Shown here in pieces: positions 45,020-53,915 of a stretch of DNA of 54,749 nt (within the stretch, counting starts at the first letter, position 1; each line of letters starts with the position of its first letter). The stretch covers positions 1-54,749 of the forward strand of contig JBOHKB010000371.1 in the NCBI GenBank assembly GCA_050728815.1. Direction: 5' to 3'. Both the position numbers and the translations under genes were made by a program. The notes under the pieces were generated by a model. That model saw nothing but the letters and a program-made list of their open reading frames with translations. It made no database searches and was not told the DNA's origin. This stretch comes from Propylenella sp. (GTDB taxonomy: Bacteria; Pseudomonadota; Alphaproteobacteria; Rhizobiales; Afifellaceae).

Positions 45020-46333
45020 ATGAAAATCAGCGTGTTCGGGATCGGCTACGTAGGCGCGGTCTCCGCAGCGTGCATTGCCAACGACGGTCACGAGGTAGTG
45101 AGCGTCGACGTCAATTCAGAGAAGGTGAAAGCGATCAACGCCGGGAGGTCCCCGATCTTCGAACCCGGCCTACCGCAGGCAATCGGAAGCGCGGTGCGAG
45201 AAGGCCGGTTGACCGCCACTTCCGACACAATGCAAGCGATTCGCGAAACCGACCTCTCTATGATCTGCGTCGGAACGCCCAGTCGTCCGAATGGATCGCT
45301 CGACACGAGCTCTATCGTCCGCGCTGCCGACACCATAGGGGCAGCGTTGCGCGAGAAGTCGGTGTTCCATGCCGTTGTGGTACGCTCCACGATTCTTCCC
45401 GGTACGACCGAGAACGTCGTGATTCCGGCGCTCGAGCGCGCTTCAGGAATGAAGGCCGGGCAGTTTGGTTTGGCCTACTACCCCGAGTTCCTGCGCGAGA
45501 CGACCGCAATCCAGGATTACTACAATCCAGGCACGATTGTTTTCGGCAAGCACGGACAGGACGGCCGGACCATCGCAATGCTGATGGAGCTATGCAGCAA
45601 CCTGCCAGTTGCGCCGACTGTCCTGCCAATCCGAGGAGCCGAGGCACTGAAGTATGCCAACAACGCGTGGCATGCATTGAAGGTGAGCTTTGCAAACGAA
45701 ATAGGCAATGTGTGCAAGGCCTTTGGGGTCGACAGCTGGGAGGTCATGGACGTCCTCTGCTCGGACACGCGGCTCAATATTTCGCCGGCATACCTCCGTC
45801 CTGGCTTCTCTTTCGGCGGATCGTGCCTCCCAAAGGATCTTCGGGCAGTTCGCCACGCCGCGCGCCAGCTCGACGTGGCGACGCCGGTTCTCGACGCTAC
45901 CCAGATGGCAAACGACCTGCAGCTCTCCAAAGCCTTTGAAATGATTGCGCAGTCGAACTCCCGCCGCGTAGGGATGATCGGCCTGAGCTTCAAGAGCGAA
46001 ACCGACGACCTGCGCGAAAGCCCATTGGTGGAACTCGCCGAGCGCCTCCTTGGCAAGGGATTTGACCTGCGCATTTTCGACCCGAATGTCTTCGTGTCGA
46101 GTCTCACGGGCACCAATCTGGAATACGTGCGGGCGCACCTGCCGCATCTGTCGGACCTGCTCGTCGGAGAAGCCGACGAACTCGTGCAACACAGTCGCAC
46201 GATTGTGATCGGCAAGAACGGTCCCGTTGCCGAGGAAGTACTCTCGAAAGTCGGAATAGACACCACGGTCATTGACTTGGTGCGGGTGCGCCGCCTGCCG
46301 CGCGCGTCCACGTACGACGGAATCTGTTGGTGA
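45020..46333 (+). CDS. algD: GDP-mannose 6-dehydrogenase
   Basis: Track ORF 44984..46333 trimmed to ATG 45020 (437 aa). MKISVFGIGYVGAVSAACIANDGHEVVSVDVNSEKVKAINAGRSPIFEPGL, ICVGTPS, NPEFLRE-type YPEFLRETTAI, PGFSFGGSCLPKDLRA and TDDLRESPLVELAE. It is colinear with P. aeruginosa AlgD as I remember it. Confidence 0.85.
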   Translation: MKISVFGIGYVGAVSAACIANDGHEVVSVDVNSEKVKAINAGRSPIFEPGLPQAIGSAVREGRLTATSDTMQAIRETDLSMICVGTPSRPNGSLDTSSIVRAADTIGAALREKSVFHAVVVRSTILPGTTENVVIPALERASGMKAGQFGLAYYPEFLRETTAIQDYYNPGTIVFGKHGQDGRTIAMLMELCSNLPVAPTVLPIRGAEALKYANNAWHALKVSFANEIGNVCKAFGVDSWEVMDVLCSDTRLNISPAYLRPGFSFGGSCLPKDLRAVRHAARQLDVATPVLDATQMANDLQLSKAFEMIAQSNSRRVGMIGLSFKSETDDLRESPLVELAERLLGKGFDLRIFDPNVFVSSLTGTNLEYVRAHLPHLSDLLVGEADELVQHSRTIVIGKNGPVAEEVLSKVGIDTTVIDLVRVRRLPRASTYDGICW

Positions 46334-46369
46334 AAAGTCTGGGGGCGCGTCGCGCGTAGAAGCGGTTCG

Positions 46370-47875
46370 ATGGCGGGTTTGCTTGTCTACGCTCTGCTGC
46401 TTGCTGCGGCACTCCTTGTGGCTCCGTCGGAGCTCTATGACGCCGGGTCAGCCTACTTCATCCTCATTATCGGAGTGGTCGGCCTTTGGCGTTATGGGTG
46501 GGCGCTCGTTCATTTGGCGCGCGCTCTCATCTACAGAGGCCTGGTGTTTCCGCGCTGGCGTCGCAGGGCGAACGCAATGGGAGAAGCGGGGCGTCCGAGC
46601 CACGTCTATCTCCTCATCACCAGCTTTCGCATAGACTCGGAGACCACCCGCCGCGTCTACCAGGCGGCGCTGGATGAGGCCGCTGCGCAAACGTCGCCTG
46701 TGACGATCGTCGCGTCGATCGTCGAAATGGGCGACCAGCGGCTGATCAAACAACTGTTTGCCGCCGCCAAGCCGCCACCACATGTAGGGATATGCTTCGT
46801 CCGTATTCCGGGGACCGGGAAGAGGGACGCTCTGGCGTCAGCCTTCCGGTCGATCTCATCGCTGCGGCCTCCTAGGGACGCCGTCGTTTGCGTTATCGAC
46901 GGCGACACCATTCTCGAACCCGGTGTGCTGGAAGGCACCCTTCCGTTCTTCGCAATGTTCCCCCGAGCGCTGGCGCTAACCACCGACGAGACCTGCGACG
47001 TAGTCGGGTCACGGATCTTCCGCGAATGGTACGCCATGCGGTTCGCGCAAAGGCAGATCCTTATGTGCTCGGTAGGTCTCTCGCGGCGGGTTCTGACTCT
47101 GACGGGGAGGATGTCGGCTTTCCGCGCCGAAGTAGTAACCGACCCGGTTTTCATTCAGGCGGTGGAGCACGACGAGATCGAGCACTGGCGCCTCGGCCGC
47201 ATCCGGTTCTTGACCGGCGACGACAAGTCCAGCTGGTTCTTCGTGCTCAGCCGCGGGGGCGAGATGCTCTACATTCCCGATGTTTCGATCCGCACAGTCG
47301 AACATCCCCCCTACCCGAGCTTCTTCGGGTCGGCGACAGCCCTGATGATCCGCTGGTTCGGCAACATGCTCCGTACCAGCGGCCGCGCCATTCGTCTGGG
47401 ACCTCGGCCGATGGGGCTGTTCACTTGGTGGTGCATCGTCGATCAGCGCCTGTCCATGTGGACGACCCTTATGGGACCGGTGGTCGTGATCCTGCTGTCG
47501 ACCCTGGTCGATCCTTTCGTCCTGCCGCTCTACCTTTTGTGGGTTGCCCTGACACGTTATTTGCAAGCCGTCCTTCTTTTGACTGTTCGCGAGCAAGTCA
47601 CTGTTTACTATCCATTTCTTCTTTATTTCAATCAGGTTTATGGTTCACTGATTAAAATCTATATTCTTTTCCGCTTAGATAGACAGAAGTGGACGCGACA
47701 GAATACGAGCTCGCCTCGCTCCACCGGGGCAGGCACCTACCGCCGCTTCGCGCCGCTTTCGTCGGCCTACATGCACACCCTGGCCCTGGGGCTGCTAGTC
47801 GTGAGCCTGGCCACAGTCATCGGCGTGTTGCCTCTGGTGCTCCCGGGCGACATTGTTGACTTCCCGGGTGGGTGA
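46370..47875 (+). CDS. alg8: mannuronan (alginate) synthase catalytic subunit, GT2
   Basis: 501 aa. ITSFRIDSETTRRVY, RIPGTGKRDALA, VIDGDT, LTGRMSAFRAEVVTDP, RFLTGDDKSSWF, VEHPP and YFNQVYGSLIKIYILFRLDRQKWTRQ. These match remembered Alg8 blocks along the whole length. Confidence 0.85.
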   Translation: MAGLLVYALLLAAALLVAPSELYDAGSAYFILIIGVVGLWRYGWALVHLARALIYRGLVFPRWRRRANAMGEAGRPSHVYLLITSFRIDSETTRRVYQAALDEAAAQTSPVTIVASIVEMGDQRLIKQLFAAAKPPPHVGICFVRIPGTGKRDALASAFRSISSLRPPRDAVVCVIDGDTILEPGVLEGTLPFFAMFPRALALTTDETCDVVGSRIFREWYAMRFAQRQILMCSVGLSRRVLTLTGRMSAFRAEVVTDPVFIQAVEHDEIEHWRLGRIRFLTGDDKSSWFFVLSRGGEMLYIPDVSIRTVEHPPYPSFFGSATALMIRWFGNMLRTSGRAIRLGPRPMGLFTWWCIVDQRLSMWTTLMGPVVVILLSTLVDPFVLPLYLLWVALTRYLQAVLLLTVREQVTVYYPFLLYFNQVYGSLIKIYILFRLDRQKWTRQNTSSPRSTGAGTYRRFAPLSSAYMHTLALGLLVVSLATVIGVLPLVLPGDIVDFPGG

Positions 47876-47876
47876 G

Positions 47877-49022
47877 ATGGACGCACGAAATCCACTCGTC
47901 CACGAAGCTGAAAGTCAGCGCCAGCACCTGCGGGTGAGCCTGCCGATTACGGCGCGCATCGATGGGGTAACGCGCACCGTGACGAACTGGTCCGTGGGAG
48001 GAATGTGCGTCCTGCTGGACGGGCCGCGGCCCCAACCTGGGGACGTGTTCGAGGCGGAGCTCATCTTCCCCACCGAAGGCATCGAGATCACCACGCGGCT
48101 GACATGCGAAGTCGTTCATAACGAAGGCAAGCTCGGAGGGACCGGGTGTCGTTTTGTCGAACTCTCCCCCGGCAGTCTCTCCATCCTTCAATACATGATA
48201 GGCGCGTACGTTTCCGGGGAATTGGTCCAATTGGGCGACGTGCTCTCGATCCTCAAACGTGACAACTTCACTCAGAGGAGAAAGCCCAGGGCGAGCGAGG
48301 GCCCGACTCGGGCAGCGCGCGTCCTGGTTCCTCTGAAGAGGGCCGCCAAGATCTCCGTACTTGCCGCGAGCGGCATCGCTCTGGTCCTCTATGTCGCAGC
48401 GGCGATCTACAAGCGTCTGTACATCGTCGACATGGTCGGCTACGTTGGAAGCCCAGCGACAATCTTCGTGCGCGCAACGAGCGACGGGGTCGTCACCGAG
48501 TTCCCGCCGCTTGAAAGAGGCGCCAGGGTCGGACGCGGTCAGGTGCTCGGTCAGCTCGAGGATCCGGAGGGTACTCCGCGCCCGCTCATCAGTCCGTGTG
48601 ACTGTGTTGCGGTTGCGAATACGGCACCCGTCGGAAGCGTTCTCCAACGAGGCGCTCCCGTCGTGGTTCTCGCGCCCGAGAACTCGGAGGTGACTGTAGT
48701 CGCCCAGGTTTCCGTGGAGGAGTCGGCAGCGATCCAAGAAGGTGATCCATCGCACCTCACTATGTTCAACGGCCGCAGCGAAATGGAGGGCACGGTGATC
48801 TCCATGCAGCGTTTCACGCCGATTGAATATTCGACGGAACGAGGCGCTCCGACGCTGAAAAGCTATGTCATTCTGGTCATCCGCCCACATGGCGAGCTCA
48901 CGCTGCAGGACTATGCGGAACCCGTCCGCGTTAGGATCAACACGTTCTGGAACGAGATCTCGGAGGACGCTTGGCGACTTGTCCCGCTGGAGGCAATTGA
49001 AACTGAATCTGCAACTCGGTAG
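47877..49022 (+). CDS. alg44: Alg44-like c-di-GMP-binding co-polymerase (PilZ domain + TM + membrane-fusion-like periplasmic domain)
   Basis: Internal ATG 47877, one nt after the alg8 stop. PilZ motifs are intact: SQRQHLRV (RxxxR) and TNWSVGG (D/NxSxxG). Further along are LKRDNFTQRRK, a TM segment, and SPCDC in the periplasmic part. Confidence 0.85.
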   Translation: MDARNPLVHEAESQRQHLRVSLPITARIDGVTRTVTNWSVGGMCVLLDGPRPQPGDVFEAELIFPTEGIEITTRLTCEVVHNEGKLGGTGCRFVELSPGSLSILQYMIGAYVSGELVQLGDVLSILKRDNFTQRRKPRASEGPTRAARVLVPLKRAAKISVLAASGIALVLYVAAAIYKRLYIVDMVGYVGSPATIFVRATSDGVVTEFPPLERGARVGRGQVLGQLEDPEGTPRPLISPCDCVAVANTAPVGSVLQRGAPVVVLAPENSEVTVVAQVSVEESAAIQEGDPSHLTMFNGRSEMEGTVISMQRFTPIEYSTERGAPTLKSYVILVIRPHGELTLQDYAEPVRVRINTFWNEISEDAWRLVPLEAIETESATR

Positions 49023-49135
49023 CGAAGCGCCTTACCTTTTATTATCCATACCGGAATCGATTGGGCCCGAAATTGCTCTGAAAGGTAAAGCTGTCGGAGT
49101 CAGCGCTCCGATCGGTTAAGATATGAAGCCGTATC

Positions 49136-49155
49136 TCTCCGGCAATGACCGGAGA
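49136..49155 (+). terminator. hairpin tctccgg-caatga-ccggaga followed by a T-rich stretch, in the convergent intergenic region after alg44
   Basis: Read directly. The 7-bp stem is followed by gcgtgatgcgcTTTCTTTT about 10 nt downstream. Weak terminator candidate. Confidence 0.25.
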
Positions 49156-49256
49156 GCGTGATGCGCTTTCTTTTGGCGACTACCGCCGTCTGCCTGAAAG
49201 TGCTGCTGTTCGGGCACTATGTGATGCCGCTTCTGAGCTGAACAACCGCTCACAGG

Positions 49257-50420
49257 TCAGGTCCGCCTCGGTCGGTTCGGATTTGGATCATCAAATACTG
49301 GTAATCCCAACGCTCGCATTATCGCCGGAAGGCGCGAAAATCGTACCTGCACTTCCGTTCCGATCAGCATTGGCAGAAGCTCGGACTCCGGCTTGGCGAC
49401 GACTGCGGCCAGGCCGGGAATGCCCTTTTCCGTCATGTCGGACGGACTGACCGCCGGCATTGAATTCCGATGAACCGAAACGATCCTTGCCCCGGCACGC
49501 GCACTCGTTCCCAGCAGCCTGATGGTGATGTCGTCTCCGACGCTCACGTCACTCAACATGGCCAGCGGGAGAGCGGCGCGTATCTCCATTGCGGCGTCGA
49601 GCGGTATGAACCGAGCGACAATTGCCCCCTTGAAGACAGAGTTGCCGCTGTGGACCGGCAGATCGCCGATGAAGCAATCGCATGGCGATGTGACGGGGAC
49701 GGTCTTGCCTCCGGTCGTCTGAATGAACCCGATGAGTTCCCGGGCAGCGACGCGGCGCGCGTGGTGAGTGATGTAGCTGTAGAAGACGCCAGGTCTTTCG
49801 GCGCGGAGATACTCGATGTCGGGCGAGGTAACGAACCCGCTGGCATGGAAGAGAATGAGCTTCTGGTAGCCGGTGATACCAATGACAGCCAAGGCGACGA
49901 ATAACGCCGCAGCAATCTTGGCGCGGCTCGCCGCCTTCTGCCAGACGCGGGCGAGCCGTTGATTGATCCTTGGCTCCGACTTGGGCTCGGAGGAGGGCGA
50001 CATTAGCGCGCCAAAGAGCACCTGTGAGGGAATTCGTGACTTCGCGTTGTATGCCGTTGCTGTAGCCTCGAGCCGAGCATCGGGCCGGCAGATGATGGCG
50101 TGATAGGTATCGCCCCGAACGAGGACCAGTCGCGTCTTGTCGATCTCCGCACGGTGGCGAACCACCATGCCCTGGAAGCGGAAGGCAACTTCAGCAAATC
50201 TGAGCGCACCAGGGTCCTCCGTAAGCACAAATGCGACGGCCTTGCCGACCACCGTCAATGGGACCCGAAACTTCTTTGCAGCGGAGCTCAAGCTGACCGA
50301 CCGCTCTCCTCTATCCTTCTCGACTGCTGATACTTCCGCCGGCCCTGAAATCTTTGGCAGCGCTCGACTTCTCGCGCTCACAATCTGTTCCCGCCGGGAG
50401 GCAGAGGCCGAGGCAATCAT
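49257..50420 (-). CDS. Alg44 paralogue with a degenerate PilZ-like N-terminal domain (TM + membrane-fusion-like periplasmic domain retained)
   Basis: Track ORF 49257..50531 trimmed to ATG 50420, overlapping the upstream gene's stop (ATGA); 387 aa. It shares TM placement and the TSPCDC motif with Alg44. RxxxR is replaced by AKKFR and D/NxSxxG by DPGALR. Confidence 0.65.
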   Translation of the reverse strand: MIASASASRREQIVSARSRALPKISGPAEVSAVEKDRGERSVSLSSAAKKFRVPLTVVGKAVAFVLTEDPGALRFAEVAFRFQGMVVRHRAEIDKTRLVLVRGDTYHAIICRPDARLEATATAYNAKSRIPSQVLFGALMSPSSEPKSEPRINQRLARVWQKAASRAKIAAALFVALAVIGITGYQKLILFHASGFVTSPDIEYLRAERPGVFYSYITHHARRVAARELIGFIQTTGGKTVPVTSPCDCFIGDLPVHSGNSVFKGAIVARFIPLDAAMEIRAALPLAMLSDVSVGDDITIRLLGTSARAGARIVSVHRNSMPAVSPSDMTEKGIPGLAAVVAKPESELLPMLIGTEVQVRFSRLPAIMRALGLPVFDDPNPNRPRRT

Positions 50421-52651
50421 GGATAGGAGAGATAGCGGGTTACGGAAAAGAACAATCTCAAGGTCTCGTCGTCGAGCGCTTCGATGTTCGAGCGCCTGAC
50501 ACGATAGCTTGCGCTCGCCTCCGCGCGCCACCCGTCTGCGAAGTCGCGCCCAATCGCGGCCTCCAGCCGGTGCGTGACATCCGACCGCGGTGGAATGCCT
50601 GGAGCCGCAGACGCATCGTGCTCGGAATAACCCAGTGCATACGAGGCTCCCGCGTAGAATTCATCCCACCCTCCGATCGCAAACACTTTTCGCAGTCCGA
50701 GATTGATCGCGAATTCTGTCTTGCTGTCAGACCGCTCTTCGACCTCGTAGCGCTTCGCAATGAATCTCGAGCGGAGAGAAAGGTCCTCCACGATCTCGTA
50801 GGCGGCATCCAGCCGTGCTTCCAACCCGTACCCCTCGAGATCCGGATCGTCGTCCGACTTCTGCTCGACGATGAATGCCGCGCCGTAGTCGAAATCGCGC
50901 CTGAAGCCTCCGCTGAAGGAAAGGAAGGCATACGCATCGCTTCGGTAGGCGTCCGAGTCGATGAACCGTGTCCTGTAGCCGCCTCCCGCGCCGACTTCGT
51001 TTGTCGTGCCCGGGATGACGTGCAAGTATCCTGCACTGATGTCGGTCAGCTGACGGTCAAGGCTGCCTTCGTCGAAGTACCGGACGGCGTTCAATCGACC
51101 AAAGAGCGTCAACCTGTCTCCGTTCGCGCCGATCAGGTAGCTGTATGTGCCGCGCGCATCGAAGCCACCGAGTGTGCTGGGCCCACCGCTTCCTCCGATG
51201 ACCGTCTCGTCATCGATGATCGACTCGGATGCCGCCACGTTGCTGTCATAGCCCGCAGTGGCGGTCGCTGAGCCCGAGAACTGATGTCGCGAAAGCGCTC
51301 GTTCCAACCGCTCGTTCAGCACCTGGCCACGGTCCGGCAAGGGTTTGCCGGCCGTCTGCGATGCCTGATCAAGCATGGACAGAAGCCGGCCGGCTTCGCG
51401 CAGACGATTTGTGCGCGAATAGAGGTCCACAAGTCCGAAGACGGGGCCGGATCGCTCCAGCAACAAAGGCGGAGGGAGCGTGGAGGGATCTCCGCCGATG
51501 ACCTGCCGGTAGATCTGATCCGCTTGCTTCCAGCGGCCATGGGAGGCGTGCGCTCGCGCCAAGGCCACTCCGGCATCCTCTGAATCCGGGTTGTCCCGGT
51601 ACAGCGCCTCGAGACGCACGATCTTCTGACGCGGGGGAAGTCCATCCGCTTCGGCGATCTCCGCGCGCAAGCGGGCGATTTCGGCCTTTCGTTCGGCCTC
51701 CGCCTCGGCCAATCGCAACTTCTCCGCACGCGTGAGAGCCGCAGCCAGTCGCTGACGTGCATCATCGATTTGGTCTGCTTTCAAGGGACTGTCGGCTGTG
51801 CGCTCGAGCGCCGACAAATATTCGCGTGCCCTTGTTATGTTGCCTCGTTGGAGTTCCAGACGTAGTAGCCGCCCAAGGGATCGTTGGCGGACTTCCGGCT
51901 TGGATTCGGTCTGCGAGTCGGAGATCAGTCCAAGGTAGATATTCGCGGCCTCCTGTGCGTTGCCCGCCTGGTGAAGTAGGCCGGCTAGCAGATAGCGCGC
52001 CGAAAGGTTGGTGGGGTCCGAGGCGAGCTGGCGCGCTCGGTCAATCGCGAAGTCGCCTTGAAGCTGACGGACTTCTTCGAGAGCTTGGCGTTGCTCTGTC
52101 TTGTCGAGCGACGCGGTAAGCCTATTGACGAGGGAGCCGATGCGGATCTGCTGCTTGCCGGTCAGATCTTCGGCGTGGCTTGCCTCATCCAAAAGCTGCT
52201 GCGCTCGAGCAAAGTCTCCTTGCCGGATCTTTGCCGAGGCCCATTCCAGAATCACACGGACCCAGCTGGAAGGGTCTGTGTCTCCGACGAGTTCGAGCGC
52301 TTTCTGGAATTCAAGATCCGCCTCGCCGTATCGACCGGCCGCTACCAGCTCCCTGATGCGAAGGATCGCAGCGTCGATCCGAGACCGGACGCGTCTCCGC
52401 CCCGTCCGCTCTTCCAGCTCTGTTGTGATATCGAGCTGCTCCGAATCGATGATGGCATCGAACTCCTCAATCTCTGCCCCGAGTTGATCCGGGACCGGCT
52501 GGGCCCAAGTAGCCACGGGGCCGCCGGTGACTAACAAGAATGAAGATGCCAACAGAACGCGACGTGCCGCGAAGCCAGCTCCTAGACGGCTCGGCAGATT
52601 GGTTCGTCTGTCCAGGGCAGGCATCGCGGTCACATGGTTAGCCGGATGCAA
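50417..52651 (-). CDS. outer-membrane export protein candidate: signal peptide + TPR-rich periplasmic domain fused to a C-terminal beta-barrel
   Basis: 744 aa. N-terminus ...LLASSFLLVTGGPVATWAQ, then a helical TPR-like region (for example GRYGEADLEFQKALEL, GNAQEAANIYLGLI). The last ~300 aa show an alternating beta-strand pattern with aromatic-rich strand ends (...YRVRRSNIEALDDETLRLFFSVTRYLSYP). Confidence 0.65.
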   Translation of the reverse strand: MHPANHVTAMPALDRRTNLPSRLGAGFAARRVLLASSFLLVTGGPVATWAQPVPDQLGAEIEEFDAIIDSEQLDITTELEERTGRRRVRSRIDAAILRIRELVAAGRYGEADLEFQKALELVGDTDPSSWVRVILEWASAKIRQGDFARAQQLLDEASHAEDLTGKQQIRIGSLVNRLTASLDKTEQRQALEEVRQLQGDFAIDRARQLASDPTNLSARYLLAGLLHQAGNAQEAANIYLGLISDSQTESKPEVRQRSLGRLLRLELQRGNITRAREYLSALERTADSPLKADQIDDARQRLAAALTRAEKLRLAEAEAERKAEIARLRAEIAEADGLPPRQKIVRLEALYRDNPDSEDAGVALARAHASHGRWKQADQIYRQVIGGDPSTLPPPLLLERSGPVFGLVDLYSRTNRLREAGRLLSMLDQASQTAGKPLPDRGQVLNERLERALSRHQFSGSATATAGYDSNVAASESIIDDETVIGGSGGPSTLGGFDARGTYSYLIGANGDRLTLFGRLNAVRYFDEGSLDRQLTDISAGYLHVIPGTTNEVGAGGGYRTRFIDSDAYRSDAYAFLSFSGGFRRDFDYGAAFIVEQKSDDDPDLEGYGLEARLDAAYEIVEDLSLRSRFIAKRYEVEERSDSKTEFAINLGLRKVFAIGGWDEFYAGASYALGYSEHDASAAPGIPPRSDVTHRLEAAIGRDFADGWRAEASASYRVRRSNIEALDDETLRLFFSVTRYLSYP

Positions 52652-52783
52652 GGTCCGCAGCCATCAAGAAATTCCCAACCCAGCGCTACACGATGCATGC
52701 TGTGCAAAAGGCCGCTCATGTAAGGGGTGAATTTTGACGAAAGCTGGATCGCCGTTGCCGCACGGGTTAGTATCCTCGCCTCC

Positions 52784-53896
52784 ATGCCCAAGCATGCGGC
52801 GGTGAGATTTCTGCTTTTCCTCCTCTGGGGAGCGGCAGCCTCGGCTGCCACTTCTCCGGCATTCGCCCTGCGCGTGCCGTTTTCCGTCGACCTTCCCGCC
52901 GGTAGAGTGACTCAATCCGACCTGGAGAAGTGCGATCCCGCGCCGGCTCCCATCTCCGCACTTCCGACGCAGTCCCGTTACGAGCCGAACGACCCGACCA
53001 AATCTCGTGTCAATCCAACGCGTTCGCGAATCTATGACGCCCTGGTGAAGCCCCTGCGCGACTTTCAGGGCGGGATTGTGAAGCGAACCAACGCCTTCGT
53101 CCGGAGGCCCAAGAACAACGCGGATAGCGCCGCCTGCGCCCTGGCGTGGCTCAAGGCCTGGGCAGATGCCGACGCATTGAACCGACTGCCGAGCGATCAG
53201 GGCAGGCTCAACCGGGATCAGGCGCTCGCGGCCCTGGCATTCGGCTACCTTCAGCTTTCCAATGTCCGGGTGGAAGTGCCGGGGTTGAGAGGCGCCATCA
53301 GCACCTGGCTTCGTCGACTTGCGGAGGATTCCCGCCACTATTCCGATACGCAGACTGGGCCGGCGACTCGGTACAACAACCATCGGTACTTCGCCGCGCT
53401 CGCAGTAGCCGCTGTGGCCCTCGTCGTCGATGACAAATCGATGTTCGACTGGACGATGGACACGTTTGAGGAGGCCGTTTGCTCTGCGGGCGAGTTAGGT
53501 GAGCTGCCGCTTGAAATGCGCCGCGGCGGACGTTCGCGCGACTATCAAATTCTGGCTGTCGGGCCGCTGGTCATGCTTGCCGAGATCGGGCAGGTCAACA
53601 ACCAAGAGCCGTACGGAGAATGTAACAATGCCCTCCGTCGCATGGTGTCGTTTGCCCTGCGTTCAATCGATGATCCTTCTGAGGTCAGCCGCGTTTCCGG
53701 ACATGCGCAGCTGGAGCTCCCCGATGGGGAGCTGAAAGGGTTTCGCGTAGCGTGGCTAGTCCCCTATCTCAAACGGTTCCCCGATCCGCATTGGCAGAGA
53801 CGGGCCGGTGAGATCGGCGGCCTTTCAGCCACGGCCTTCGGCGGCAATCTGGAAACTCTGTTTGGACCCGTAACAAAGCCGCCCGCCACCGAATAG
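52784..53896 (+). CDS. algL: poly(beta-D-mannuronate) lyase (PL5 alginate lyase)
   Basis: Track ORF 52727..53896 trimmed to ATG 52784 (signal peptide MPKHAAVRFLLFLLWGAAASAATSPAFA). CALAWLKAWADADAL and NNHRYFAALAVAAVALV (compare the AlgL NNHSYW motif). 370 aa. Confidence 0.8.
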   Translation: MPKHAAVRFLLFLLWGAAASAATSPAFALRVPFSVDLPAGRVTQSDLEKCDPAPAPISALPTQSRYEPNDPTKSRVNPTRSRIYDALVKPLRDFQGGIVKRTNAFVRRPKNNADSAACALAWLKAWADADALNRLPSDQGRLNRDQALAALAFGYLQLSNVRVEVPGLRGAISTWLRRLAEDSRHYSDTQTGPATRYNNHRYFAALAVAAVALVVDDKSMFDWTMDTFEEAVCSAGELGELPLEMRRGGRSRDYQILAVGPLVMLAEIGQVNNQEPYGECNNALRRMVSFALRSIDDPSEVSRVSGHAQLELPDGELKGFRVAWLVPYLKRFPDPHWQRRAGEIGGLSATAFGGNLETLFGPVTKPPATE

Positions 53897-53915
53897 GCGA
53901 CGTTCAGGAGTGGTC

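Noticed and set aside
44290-45939. 549-aa plus-strand ORF spanning the end of the polytopic membrane gene and most of algD
   Set aside because: It is an alternate frame across two well-supported genes and an intergenic region, with Arg/Pro/Ser-rich composition.
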